Below, piece after piece: positions 48,601 through 57,657 of a DNA stretch of 64,000 bases. Location: the sequence record PQ330092.1. The stretch is one strand, 5' to 3'. A program made the translations under genes and the position numbers. Position 1 is the first letter of the stretch, and each line of letters starts with the position of its first letter. The notes beneath the pieces are model-generated. The model worked only from the letters and a program-made list of their open reading frames with translations, ran no database searches and was not told where the DNA came from.

Positions 48601-51600
48601 ACTTGTTAGAGATTTAACAGATACATCAGCACCACTTAAATCAACTGTACCAGAAACAACAAGATCTCCACCAATATTTGCTCCAGCGGTAGTAGTAATG
48701 GATTTTGCACTTACATCAGTTGTGCTCAAATCAATTGCACCTGGTGTTACTGTACCAGAAACTGTTAGGTCACCAGTAATAGATGTATTATTGGAAATAG
48801 ATACACCATCAACGTTACTAATTGTTGGGGTTTCTACAGAAACTGCTTTAACTTTACCTGAAGAAGTTACGTCAGCTACGGTAGATGCACCAGTAACATT
48901 CAAATTAGTAATATTTGCAGTTGTTGAACCAAGGGTTGCAATAGTTGCATCAGTACTTTGAAGTTTAGGTAGAACACTACTAATTGTAGATTCATTACTA
49001 ACAATTGCACCAGTACTAGTTAAAGATTTGACAGTAACATCAGCAGTAGTAAGATCTACTGTACCATTAACAGTTAGGTTACCACCAATAGTTGCACCAG
49101 CAGTAGTAGTAATGGATTTAGCATTAACATCAGTTGTTGCTAGATCGATAGAGCCTGGAATAACTGCACCAGTAACGGTTAGGTCACCAGTTACATTTGT
49201 ATTATTGGAAATAGTGACACCACTTGCATTTGAAATGGTTGGGGTAACCAACGATGCAGTTGTAGTTTCACCAGTTACAGTTAAAGTTGACCCAACTAGA
49301 ACAGATGAGCTTGAGTAAATTGTACCCAAATTAGCAGATCCGGTAACAGTTATATCATCAGCATTAACAGTAGTTGCCGTTATGGTAGTACTATTAAGTA
49401 CAGGAAGTACGTTAGCATTAACAAGGTCATTACTTTTAACAATACCAGAAGAAGTTAGTGATTTAACGTTAATGTCTGCTGCTGATAAATCAAAAGAACC
49501 TTGAACCACAAGATCTCCACCAATATTTGCACCAGCGGTAGTAGTGATTGATTTCGCACTAACATCAGTAGTACTCAAATCAATTGTACCTGGGGTTACT
49601 GTACCAGTAACTGTTAGATTTCCAGTAATATCAACATTTTCTGTGAAGTTAGTATTACCACTAATAGTTGGTGCAGTCAGAGTTGTTGCACTAATATTAG
49701 TACCGTTAATTGTTTGTCCACTTACAGTTCCACTCGCAGTGATAGTAGGAGCCGTTACTTCAGTAGATGCACTAATTGTTGGTGCAGATACAGAAGTTGT
49801 ACCAGTAATAGAACCAGAACTTACTGAACCAGCGGATAATGCACCAGAAAGAGTTGCAGTTGTACCAGCAATATCACCAGTAACAGTTAGTTTAGCACCC
49901 ACGGTAGTGTTACCAGTACTTTCAAGGGTTGCACCTTTAATATTTGTCGCAGCAACAACTGAGTTTGGTGTTAGATCCTGACCACTTACATCAACAGTTA
50001 ACCCAGTTACGGTGCCAGTAAAATCGACATCATTAAGAATTGCTTTACCACCAACTTGTAGGAATGGTGTACTAGGGTCTTGTGTTGCGTTACCTGTAAT
50101 GGTTAGGTAATCTAATTTGTTTAGGCCATTACCAGTAATACCATACGTAGAAAGTGCAGCATTACCAAAAGTTGCCGTTTTTAGAACGTTCAGTGTTGAA
50201 GGAGAAACTAATTCTGATTGAACTTCGTTAGGTAAAATCACGGTTGGACGTTGACTTGGTGCAGTATATCCAAATCCAAGTTTTACAGCAGAATCTTGAC
50301 TACTTTGGCCTAAGCTGATAGCTTTAAATGATGCAGTACTGTTATAACCAGTAATATTAGAACCAAGAGTAACACCACCAACTAATGAAGTTGCACCAGT
50401 AACGTTCAAAGATGCTGCATTAATATCGTCTAATTGGAATGTTCCACCAAGAACACCAGAAATATTAATATTATTAAAATTAGCAGTTCCAGTACTTTCA
50501 ATATTTGGTATAGTTGCAGTTCCGGTGACTTCAAAGTCAGCAACTTTGGTTTTTCCTTTTTGAACTTCTAATAGTGGTGTATCTGGAGCTTGTGTTTCGT
50601 TACCAGAAACTGTTAGATAATCTAATTTGTTTAGGCCATTACCAGTAATGCCATAAGACGATAATGACGCATTACCAAAAGTTGCAGTTTTAAGAACGTT
50701 CAATGTAGAAGGAGAAACTACTTCTGATTGAACTTCATTAGGTAGAATAACTGTTGGGCGTTGACCGGGTGCAGTATATCCAAAACCTAGTTTCACTGCT
50801 GCATCTTGACTATTTTGACCTAAGCTAATAGCTTTAAAGGTAGCAGTACTATTATAACCAGTAATATTAGAACCAAGAGTAACACCACCAACTAACGAAG
50901 TGGCCCCAGTAACGTTCAATGTTACTGCATTAATATCATCTAGTTGGAATGTTCCACCAAGAACACCAGAAATATTAATATTATTAAAATTAGCAGTTCC
51001 AGTACTTTCAATATTTGGTATAGTTGCGGTTCCTGTAACTTCAAAATCGGCAACTTTGGTTTTTCCTTTTTGAACTTCTAATAGTGGGGTGTCTGGTGAT
51101 TGTGTATTGTTACCAGAAACTGTTAGATAATCTAATTTGTTTAGACCATTACCAGTAATACCATAAGAAGATAATGACGCATTACCAAAAGAAGCAGATG
51201 TCAAAACTGTTAAGTTTGCAGGTGACATTAACTCGGACTGAATTTCGTTTTGTAGAATTACAGTTGGACGTTTACCTGGAGCAGTGTAAGGGAAGCTTAA
51301 TCTGAAGGTTTGTGATTCAGAGTTAGAACCAATACGAATGTCTTTAAAAGTAGCAGTACTGTTAATACCAGTTACGTTAGCACCGAAAGTTACTGCACCT
51401 TGTTGGTTAGATGCACCAGTAACGTTCAATGTTACTGCATTTAAGTCAGATAGATTAAACTCACCACCAAGTGTACCACTAATTGTCACATCTTTAAATG
51501 TAGCAGTACCAGTACTACTAATATCGGTTGTACTTACATTAGTAATTTCTGCGGTATTAGCAGTAATTTTATCAAATGCAGCAGTAGTACCAACATCAGC

Positions 51601-52011
51601 AGTAATATTACCTTTAAATGCTGTTGTTTCAGCAACTTCTAAGTTTTTAACTTTAGTTGCTTGTAGAGTGGTTGTACCAGCAGTTTGTGTAAAATCAGAA
51701 CCAACTGATACAGTACCGTTAAAGGTAGCGTTTGAATTAATTGTTGCTGTATCAGACCCGACAACTGCACTACCGATTGTAGTATTACCATCAACACCAA
51801 GACCACCAGAAAGTGTTGCTTTGCCACCAACATCTAAAGTAGATGTAATGTTGGCAGTTGATGATTCAATGGCAGTAAAAGTTGCATTTGCAAAAGTTAC
51901 AGTACCATTTACAGTTAGGTTATTATTGAAAACAGCATTTCCTTTGACTAAAAGATCCTTACCAACCGTACCAGCACCAGTAATATCTAAGTCAGTTTTT
52001 ATTGAGTACAT
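45622..52011 (-). CDS. giant (2129 aa) Thr/Gly/Val-rich repetitive fibre protein
   Basis: Short beta-strand repeats (L.V.G, ..GG.L.V.G); almost no Trp or Cys; TAAATA on minus strand at 52047-52052. Confidence 0.85.
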   Translation of the reverse strand: MYSIKTDLDITGAGTVGKDLLVKGNAVFNNNLTVNGTVTFANATFTAIESSTANITSTLDVGGKATLSGGLGVDGNTTIGSAVVGSDTATINSNATFNGTVSVGSDFTQTAGTTTLQATKVKNLEVAETTAFKGNITADVGTTAAFDKITANTAEITNVSTTDISSTGTATFKDVTISGTLGGEFNLSDLNAVTLNVTGASNQQGAVTFGANVTGINSTATFKDIRIGSNSESQTFRLSFPYTAPGKRPTVILQNEIQSELMSPANLTVLTSASFGNASLSSYGITGNGLNKLDYLTVSGNNTQSPDTPLLEVQKGKTKVADFEVTGTATIPNIESTGTANFNNINISGVLGGTFQLDDINAVTLNVTGATSLVGGVTLGSNITGYNSTATFKAISLGQNSQDAAVKLGFGYTAPGQRPTVILPNEVQSEVVSPSTLNVLKTATFGNASLSSYGITGNGLNKLDYLTVSGNETQAPDTPLLEVQKGKTKVADFEVTGTATIPNIESTGTANFNNINISGVLGGTFQLDDINAASLNVTGATSLVGGVTLGSNITGYNSTASFKAISLGQSSQDSAVKLGFGYTAPSQRPTVILPNEVQSELVSPSTLNVLKTATFGNAALSTYGITGNGLNKLDYLTITGNATQDPSTPFLQVGGKAILNDVDFTGTVTGLTVDVSGQDLTPNSVVAATNIKGATLESTGNTTVGAKLTVTGDIAGTTATLSGALSAGSVSSGSITGTTSVSAPTISASTEVTAPTITASGTVSGQTINGTNISATTLTAPTISGNTNFTENVDITGNLTVTGTVTPGTIDLSTTDVSAKSITTTAGANIGGDLVVQGSFDLSAADINVKSLTSSGIVKSNDLVNANVLPVLNSTTITATTVNADDITVTGSANLGTIYSSSSVLVGSTLTVTGETTTASLVTPTISNASGVTISNNTNVTGDLTVTGAVIPGSIDLATTDVNAKSITTTAGATIGGNLTVNGTVDLTTADVTVKSLTSTGAIVSNESTISSVLPKLQSTDATIATLGSTTANITNLNVTGASTVADVTSSGKVKAVSVETPTISNVDGVSISNNTSITGDLTVSGTVTPGAIDLSTTDVSAKSITTTAGANIGGDLVVSGTVDLSGADVSVKSLTSTGIITVSSAEGINVLPKVQSTEVTVSALNATNAVVSGDVSAATASISGAITGGSATLSGVGTALNVTNNATVGGVLTVGSITSAAENVSITKNTAITGNLAVSGTLTAGVIDLSTTDVSVKTLTSLGDATVQGNLTVDGSIDLSSANIVGVTLESTGSTTVGTDLILTTGNITGSPSISGNLGVTGTTTLTGATTVSNTLSTGGKLTVNTGGIQVVDGGIQVDAGTITAPSANISGDSTLNSATVTTTLGVTGAASMNGGLTASTLDVTGDSTVQKLTVKGAFIPEGGLDLSGADLNVNSVTAATTLSVTGASTLTGGVSTSTVTASGKVTAQELSTGTLAVTTNGTVGGTLDVTGKATVGSLDSGAISATSGTFSTTLGVTGAATFGNNVNITGTLTPGALDLSSTDVDANSLSVATTLHSNGNATIGGTLGVTGAATAPSIALNGEGTALAVTNNATIGGTLGVTGKATVGSLDSGAVSATSGTFSTTIDVTGAATFGNNVNITGTLTPGALDLASTDVVANSLSVATTLHSDGNATIGGTLGVTGAATAPSIALNGEGTALAVTNNATIGGTLGVTGAATLGSLTTSGAVKTGSNVIIGTKIGEQPETVQIFPNTYIAGSLRVDGGINADIDVSGQTIEPYAVVAADTISAAGNITSGAELISKSATIGDVGSQNNNLTINGNVVNNGNFTVTGVLNATLNQANSDVAVKSLTATNSVAAGTSITAGTSITATGLLKGNTLEVTTTGSFGGAVTMSSGANITGTVGITSGNLTVGGDISATGTATLAATSVTTITTSGAATLASASVTGAATIGGTLTVTGLMTANGSVVLGDAAADTLTVNATSSFKENAVFDKDVTVTGQLTTTNADLTTTTVTTKKYDVIPNQVTSSVIAPTGTWTPDGTSNVYFITLDQDTTLAPITGLIGGGKASSVYIYVKQDTTGNRNFTTDGTYAVVDGTLNKTAGSVTIYQVIYDGVSPVADMFIAQRTA
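46862..47545. repeat. two near-identical tandem 336-nt (112-codon) repeats inside the fibre gene
   Basis: ccagttacacc anchors at 46862 and 47198, ccagttacat at 47534; long runs of identity. Confidence 0.9.
50030..51510. repeat. three tandem 510-nt (170-codon) repeats inside the fibre gene
   Basis: gttag(a/g)taatctaatttgtttag blocks start at 50101, 50611, 51121. Confidence 0.9.
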
Positions 52012-52149
52012 TTATACCCTCCATTATAACCTTGTTAATATGTATATATTTAGTTTTATTATGCTGTTATCCAACAATTAATATATTATTTGACAAAAGC
52101 AAATATAATAAAAACCAGACTTATTTAGAACAAGTCTGGTTAATTTTTT

Positions 52150-53046
52150 TTACTTACCAGAGATGACAATCTTACCACTGAAAGAAATATCAGAAGTGAA
52201 GATTACATCACCAGTACTACTAATTTGTGTATCAGTCACTACCAATTCAAATGGAGATGACGAAACACTCCCAGGTGTTTTATTTGCATAAATTGAAATA
52301 TACAAATTATCTGGTGTTTGATTGTGTTCAGATGCAGGAATAGTGATTGTAAAATCACCATCACTAGAAACCCAATCTGCTTGGTTTACCAATTTACTAT
52401 AAGGTACTGTCATTGTTGTTGCTCCTATAATGTTTACTTTAACACTTGCATAATCTGTGATTTGACCAATCACATCAATTGTTATATCCCCAATACCACT
52501 AACTGTTACTGTGGTTTGGAATACTGATTCCAATGCAACATTACCTGGGTCACCTTGTAGTTGGATCATAATATCAGAACCTCTACCATGAACTGATTCT
52601 GGTAGTGTGTAAGTATAATGATCAGTAGTATCTGGCACTAATGTAAATGCAGAAACAGGAACTATTTCAGTAGTTACATATGAGCTATCAGTCCCAGGTG
52701 AGCTACCTTTAAATGGTTTCCAAATACCAAGATCTTTAATATAAATTTGAAGAACATTAGTACTATCAACCAAAAAGTAAACGTCACCATCTAGACCGAT
52801 CGAATCGGATGGTGCTGTTGTTCCACGTAAGATACCAGAACTACCACCACCACTGTGTGCGTTTAAATATCCCAATGTAACCAAGTGTGTGTTTGCAGTT
52901 GGTTCACCTGCTGAAATTGGAAGAAGTTGTGTTCCTGAGTAGTTTTGAATTTGCACAACACTACCATTTGTGGTAATCTGTGCACCATTCTTCCCAAGAA
53001 TGAAGGACTTCTTCATGGTTCCTTCTAAATTAGAAAAAACTGCCAT
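52150..53046 (-). CDS. fibre/spike protein with shared N-terminal anchor
   Basis: MAVFSNLEGTMKKSFILGK N-terminus paralogous to 53063..53668; AAGGAG SD. Confidence 0.75.
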   Translation of the reverse strand: MAVFSNLEGTMKKSFILGKNGAQITTNGSVVQIQNYSGTQLLPISAGEPTANTHLVTLGYLNAHSGGGSSGILRGTTAPSDSIGLDGDVYFLVDSTNVLQIYIKDLGIWKPFKGSSPGTDSSYVTTEIVPVSAFTLVPDTTDHYTYTLPESVHGRGSDIMIQLQGDPGNVALESVFQTTVTVSGIGDITIDVIGQITDYASVKVNIIGATTMTVPYSKLVNQADWVSSDGDFTITIPASEHNQTPDNLYISIYANKTPGSVSSSPFELVVTDTQISSTGDVIFTSDISFSGKIVISGK

Positions 53047-53062
53047 TTTAATATAATCTCCT

Positions 53063-53668
53063 TTATGGTAGGGTTATGTAAGTTACGGGTTGGGCAGCTT
53101 TTAATGCTGCACCAGCGGCAGTTGCTGTTATGATAGGATCTGCAATATCAATTCTATATACGTTGTTTACAACATACACTGCACGAGTTATATACGTTCT
53201 CAAATCACCACCATTTTCGCCATCACCTTTAGCACCAAATTCTTCTGGTGTTATATAAAACTGGGCCTGTTGAACTGTACCTCCAGTAATAAGTCCGATG
53301 AAATCGCCACCATTTTTACTGGATAGAACTTTTTTATTAATGTATAATGATTTTACCCATGTACCATTACTTTTTGCAAAAATATCAACAATACCATCTT
53401 CATCAATTTGAAAATACGTATTATTGTTCTTTCCTACATCATCGGTAGGGGGTACAACACCAAATAATGCATTAGGGTTATCTTCAAGATATTTTACGTT
53501 AACTGCTGAATTAGGGTCAGATGAAGTTCCTACCTTCAGTGGTAGGAACTGTTCTCCTAGATAATCTTTTATAGAAACTGAATCATTGATAAAATTTATT
53601 GAAGCACCTTTTTTCCCCAATATGAATTTGGGCTGCATAGTTCCTTCAAAATTAGAAAATACTGCCAT
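53063..53668 (-). CDS. tailspike-like protein apparently lacking its catalytic body
   Basis: Anchor N-terminus, then YITPEEFGAKGDG (beta-helix cap motif) followed by only about 50 aa. Confidence 0.6.
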   Translation of the reverse strand: MAVFSNFEGTMQPKFILGKKGASINFINDSVSIKDYLGEQFLPLKVGTSSDPNSAVNVKYLEDNPNALFGVVPPTDDVGKNNNTYFQIDEDGIVDIFAKSNGTWVKSLYINKKVLSSKNGGDFIGLITGGTVQQAQFYITPEEFGAKGDGENGGDLRTYITRAVYVVNNVYRIDIADPIITATAAGAALKAAQPVTYITLP

Positions 53669-53682
53669 TATGACATCCTCCC

Positions 53683-54846
53683 TTAAATATTATCTTGAAT
53701 CGGTTGGATAGGAGCTTGCCATGAAAGAGTACAAATAATTTCCATTTTTCCATAAGGACTGTTGTTAACAGAATCGTTGAATACACATGAAATAATTTCA
53801 TCAACATCGGATGCTGCATGATTAGTTTCATTAACAATAAAACGCATCTGACGATTGATATCAAAGTAGGAAGTTGGTGCAATTACAGTCCCACCAATAT
53901 CTTCTTGTGCTTCACCACCAAAACGTACAAACATATCAGTTACAGGAAGAGAATAAGGTTGTATAACGTTTACATCAATATTAGAAACTACATATCCAGC
54001 AGGACACGTACCAATAACTAATAGTGCGTTAGTCCATGAGCTATCTATTGTATTTCTAATAGAAATTGTATCTTTACCTGGTGCACCTGGTTCGCCTTGT
54101 ATACCTTGAATACCTTGCTGACCTTCTTTACCACGGAATAGAATACCCTCACTCCACTCTTTTGAAGGAGGGGTAGTTGTAGTTACTTCATCAACATAAT
54201 ATAGTTTTCCATCAGTGTTGTTATAAAAACAATAATCAACTGGAAGATTTTCAATACTTGGAAATTGATCACCACTGCTATCAATATGGAAACGACCACG
54301 CGGACCTTGTTCACCACGGAAAGGTATACCATCACTCCAAGTAGCAGTTACACTTTGATAGAAATAAAGTTTACCATCTTGAGTATTATAAAATGTATAG
54401 TTATCAAAAAGACCAGTTGTTGGGAAAGTAGTTCCAGCACTATCAATGTGGAACGGCTTACCCGCTTCACCCGTATCACCTTTACCAAACTCAACACTAA
54501 TCCATGTACTTGTCGGATCTTGTGCATCATTTGATTTAAAGTATAGAGTACTGGTATTGTTAGCCAAGCTTAAGTAGCACCACCCAAGTGGTTCACCAAC
54601 TTTAAATTGTTCGGAAGGAATTTCAAAACCAATCTCATTAGGATAAAAGTTTTTACCATTCTCGCCATTCTGTCCTACAACAAGACCTAAATCTTGAATT
54701 GTGTTATCTGCATAGGTTACAATTAAATGCCCAGCACCATTAATAACTAGACTTTTGATGCCGGAGTTATTACATGAACCACTGGACCCATTGTTAAATG
54801 AAATTGTCATAATATTTCCCTTGTATGAGTTAATGTCATATACCAA
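53683..54846 (-). CDS. collagen-like fibre/whisker protein
   Basis: GxY runs (GQQGIQGIQGEPGAPGKD); repeated FHIDS.G..FP units; start may be internal MTISFNNG. Confidence 0.75.
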   Translation of the reverse strand: MVYDINSYKGNIMTISFNNGSSGSCNNSGIKSLVINGAGHLIVTYADNTIQDLGLVVGQNGENGKNFYPNEIGFEIPSEQFKVGEPLGWCYLSLANNTSTLYFKSNDAQDPTSTWISVEFGKGDTGEAGKPFHIDSAGTTFPTTGLFDNYTFYNTQDGKLYFYQSVTATWSDGIPFRGEQGPRGRFHIDSSGDQFPSIENLPVDYCFYNNTDGKLYYVDEVTTTTPPSKEWSEGILFRGKEGQQGIQGIQGEPGAPGKDTISIRNTIDSSWTNALLVIGTCPAGYVVSNIDVNVIQPYSLPVTDMFVRFGGEAQEDIGGTVIAPTSYFDINRQMRFIVNETNHAASDVDEIISCVFNDSVNNSPYGKMEIICTLSWQAPIQPIQDNI

Positions 54847-54920
54847 TATTTATCAGTACAAAATACATTTCGTTATCATTAATAAATAAATGAAAGTTCA
54901 CTACTAAAAGGGCTTAAACA

Positions 54921-55418
54921 ATGGCATTAAGATCAAAAGACTTTCTCTTCAGAAGAAAAACAAAAGATGGTTCATGGCAAGATTTTCCTGAATCTGATAG
55001 CTGGTATCCAGCTAACTTGGATTATCACTGGAATGAACAAACGTTACCACTCGCAAGTGGTGGCTACTATGGATGTACTACAGGTTTACATACTATTTCA
55101 TTTACACTACGTAATTTTATTGGTAAAATTTATGTATTAGCTACATTAGCTAGTAATCCTACTGATGATGATTGGTTTCCAATTAAATTCACTGAAAGTT
55201 GTAATTATTATCTTGAATTTACTGATATGGTTATTTTAAATCCAAATGGTGGGGATTTAATTAGACAACAAGGAACTACCGGAACATTTGCTGAAACAGT
55301 AACTGGTAATTTTACTTACCTTAAAGTTGGTATAGACCGTGATTATATTAGTAAGTATCCATCAGATGTCCAAAAAAGTTTAGCTGGGAAGTTAGAACAA
55401 ATTTTAATTAACTACTAA
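54921..55418 (+). CDS. virion structural protein
   Basis: TAAATA at 54883; ORF track. Confidence 0.7.
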   Translation: MALRSKDFLFRRKTKDGSWQDFPESDSWYPANLDYHWNEQTLPLASGGYYGCTTGLHTISFTLRNFIGKIYVLATLASNPTDDDWFPIKFTESCNYYLEFTDMVILNPNGGDLIRQQGTTGTFAETVTGNFTYLKVGIDRDYISKYPSDVQKSLAGKLEQILINY

Positions 55419-55427
55419 GGATTAGAA

Positions 55428-56036
55428 ATGAAATTAGAAACAGAACAACCAAAACTATTTGTTAAAGGTCATGTCCTAATTACTGACGTTACTGATCCAT
55501 CAAATCAAAAAATCGTTTTAGATAAATCTAACGCTATTCACCCTGAAAATATGAGTACTGCCATTGCTAATGCGTTAGCATATAATCAAGACAGTACTGG
55601 TATTCCTATTGGTTCTATTAGCGAGATGCGTTTTGGTAATGGTGGTACAGTAGTTTTAAGTACTGGTCGTGTTACTTATAAAAAACCACGTGTTACATCA
55701 TTTGGTGGTTTGTATTCACAAACATATTTGAAAAAAATCAACCCAAGAATTACGGCAGGTATTGATTCACAATACAATAATATTACAACTGTACATATAC
55801 CAGGACAGTCCTATACTGATATTGTATGTATTTGTACTCTAGGGTTAGGTGAACCATCCGACCAAGGTGTAAGCTCAGGGACAAGCATGGATGGAACTTA
55901 TGTGTTTGATGAATTGGGATTATACACGGATGGCGATAGTGGTATTCCTTTAACCCATATCATTTTTCACCCAGTTGAGAAAAGTGCAAACCGTGTCTTA
56001 CAAATTAAATACACAGTTCGTGTACAATTACAATAA
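55428..56036 (+). CDS. baseplate-region structural protein
   Basis: ISEMRFGNGG, YVFDELGLY, HIIFHPVEKS..R...I.YTVR motifs. Confidence 0.7.
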   Translation: MKLETEQPKLFVKGHVLITDVTDPSNQKIVLDKSNAIHPENMSTAIANALAYNQDSTGIPIGSISEMRFGNGGTVVLSTGRVTYKKPRVTSFGGLYSQTYLKKINPRITAGIDSQYNNITTVHIPGQSYTDIVCICTLGLGEPSDQGVSSGTSMDGTYVFDELGLYTDGDSGIPLTHIIFHPVEKSANRVLQIKYTVRVQLQ

Positions 56037-56048
56037 TGGGGACATATA

Positions 56049-57149
56049 ATGAGTGTTAATTATACAATTTATAGAAGTAATGGTAGTGTTTATGCTACCA
56101 TTCCAAATAATGTTATTTTAGGACCAAACCAGCCCGGAAGTAACCCAGTTCCGTTAAATTTAGTTGGTAGAAATAAAGTAAGTTACGGTCAAGCATGGAA
56201 TGAAAACTTTTTACATTTAGTTGAAAATTTCAGTTCAGCATCTGCACCACGTGGCAACGTCAATGGTCAACTTTGGTATAGAAACACTGGTAGTACTGGT
56301 GAGTTATTGATATCATTAGTTGATAATGCTAGACAACCTGCTGATATGGTAAGTGAAGCTGAATGGGCGTCTATCCCTATGATTACTGTTTTTAACACAG
56401 TACCTGATGGTGAAAATAGTGTTATGGGTCGTATGGTATTAACTAGTAACGGTGATTCTCTTCGTGTGTTAATGAAAAACAAAGAATGGCGTGAAATTCA
56501 AACATCTAGACCAGAAAACAAAGAGTATTCATCATTATTAGATATTAACTATGATAATGGTAAAAAATATATAGAGTTCACACAAAGTAATAGTACTAAA
56601 CCGATTGCGTATTTTAACTTAGGTGGTACTTCACAAGTAGATACAAATAACTGGACAACATTAACTAATGGTACAGGTGTCTTTGAATTTGGTAGCAACT
56701 ATTTCTATGAATTAAAAATTATGATTAGAGAAGTAAATGATTCTTCTGGTGAGATAGTTTCTCTTCCATACAATTCCAAAACCTTTTTTATAAAAGGGCA
56801 ATTTTATGTAGATAATCAAGGAACTTTTGTTCCTGGTTCGGTGGGGGCAAGTCAAATGCCAGACCCACGTAGGATTACACAATTAGAATCCATTAAAGAT
56901 GTTATTACCAGTAGTCGCCCAAACTGGGACGTAAATATTGTTATTAATGGTGTAGATCCATCTATCCCAAATCCTAATGGAACATCTAAAGCTGATTATG
57001 AAAATTGGGTTATCAATTCTCTAAACTCAAATAAAAATTTAGGTTTTCGAGTTGATGGTAGCATTAGTAATCTAACTGCTGGTGAATCCGTTAAACTACA
57101 AGCATCCGTGTTGTTAAATATTACAGGTATTCCGATTATTGGAGTATAA
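56049..57149 (+). CDS. baseplate/fibre structural protein
   Basis: LVGRNKVSYGQAWNENFLHLVENF...G.LWY motif. Confidence 0.7.
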   Translation: MSVNYTIYRSNGSVYATIPNNVILGPNQPGSNPVPLNLVGRNKVSYGQAWNENFLHLVENFSSASAPRGNVNGQLWYRNTGSTGELLISLVDNARQPADMVSEAEWASIPMITVFNTVPDGENSVMGRMVLTSNGDSLRVLMKNKEWREIQTSRPENKEYSSLLDINYDNGKKYIEFTQSNSTKPIAYFNLGGTSQVDTNNWTTLTNGTGVFEFGSNYFYELKIMIREVNDSSGEIVSLPYNSKTFFIKGQFYVDNQGTFVPGSVGASQMPDPRRITQLESIKDVITSSRPNWDVNIVINGVDPSIPNPNGTSKADYENWVINSLNSNKNLGFRVDGSISNLTAGESVKLQASVLLNITGIPIIGV

Positions 57150-57180
57150 AAAAAAGGAGCCACACGGCTCCTTTTTGTTT
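57150..57180. terminator. bidirectional terminator
   Basis: A-tract, ggagcc-acac-ggctcc, T-tract, between convergent genes. Confidence 0.85.
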
Positions 57181-57644
57181 TAATATCTATATGGTAAACT
57201 GTTGACAAACTGTGTACCTTCACGTATACTTTCCCATAGTGAGTAAAAATCTTTCATTAAGTTTGTGTTAAGTAAAGTATTTTTAGCACCAGGGTGTAAT
57301 GGTTTAGGCCAAGAACCAATTCTAACCCAAGCATAACCAGAGCTTTCATGATTTAAAGTTGGTACAAATTCATTCTCAACTACAATAACAAATGAATAAT
57401 ATTTAAATTTACCATTTTTTGTACAAAATACATCAAACGGTATAATATCAATAATGTTAGGTATTGAGTCGCCCAACTCTTCTTTAATTTCTCGCATCAG
57501 ACCTTGTAGTGGTGTTTCGTTATGTTCAAGCTTTCCACCAACAAATGCCCAGTTGTTAGAATAGGTACTTCTTTCAGAACGCAAGTTTAACATCATATGT
57601 CCAGTACTTTTTGATAAAAATATAGCACCAACCGCTTCATTCAT
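57180..57644 (-). CDS. Nudix hydrolase
   Basis: WAFVGGKLEHNETPLQGLMREIKEELG; LNHESSGYAW. Confidence 0.9.
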   Translation of the reverse strand: MNEAVGAIFLSKSTGHMMLNLRSERSTYSNNWAFVGGKLEHNETPLQGLMREIKEELGDSIPNIIDIIPFDVFCTKNGKFKYYSFVIVVENEFVPTLNHESSGYAWVRIGSWPKPLHPGAKNTLLNTNLMKDFYSLWESIREGTQFVNSLPYRY

Positions 57645-57657
57645 AACAACACCTCCT

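Noticed and set aside
46049-51833. Long + strand ORFs (46049, 46895 348 aa, 48005, 48257, 48563, 49028, 49544, 51338) opposite the fibre gene
   Set aside because: Antisense shadows: the Thr/Gly/Val codon bias of the real gene yields few reverse-strand stops; no SD or promoter; Val/Pro/Ala mirror composition
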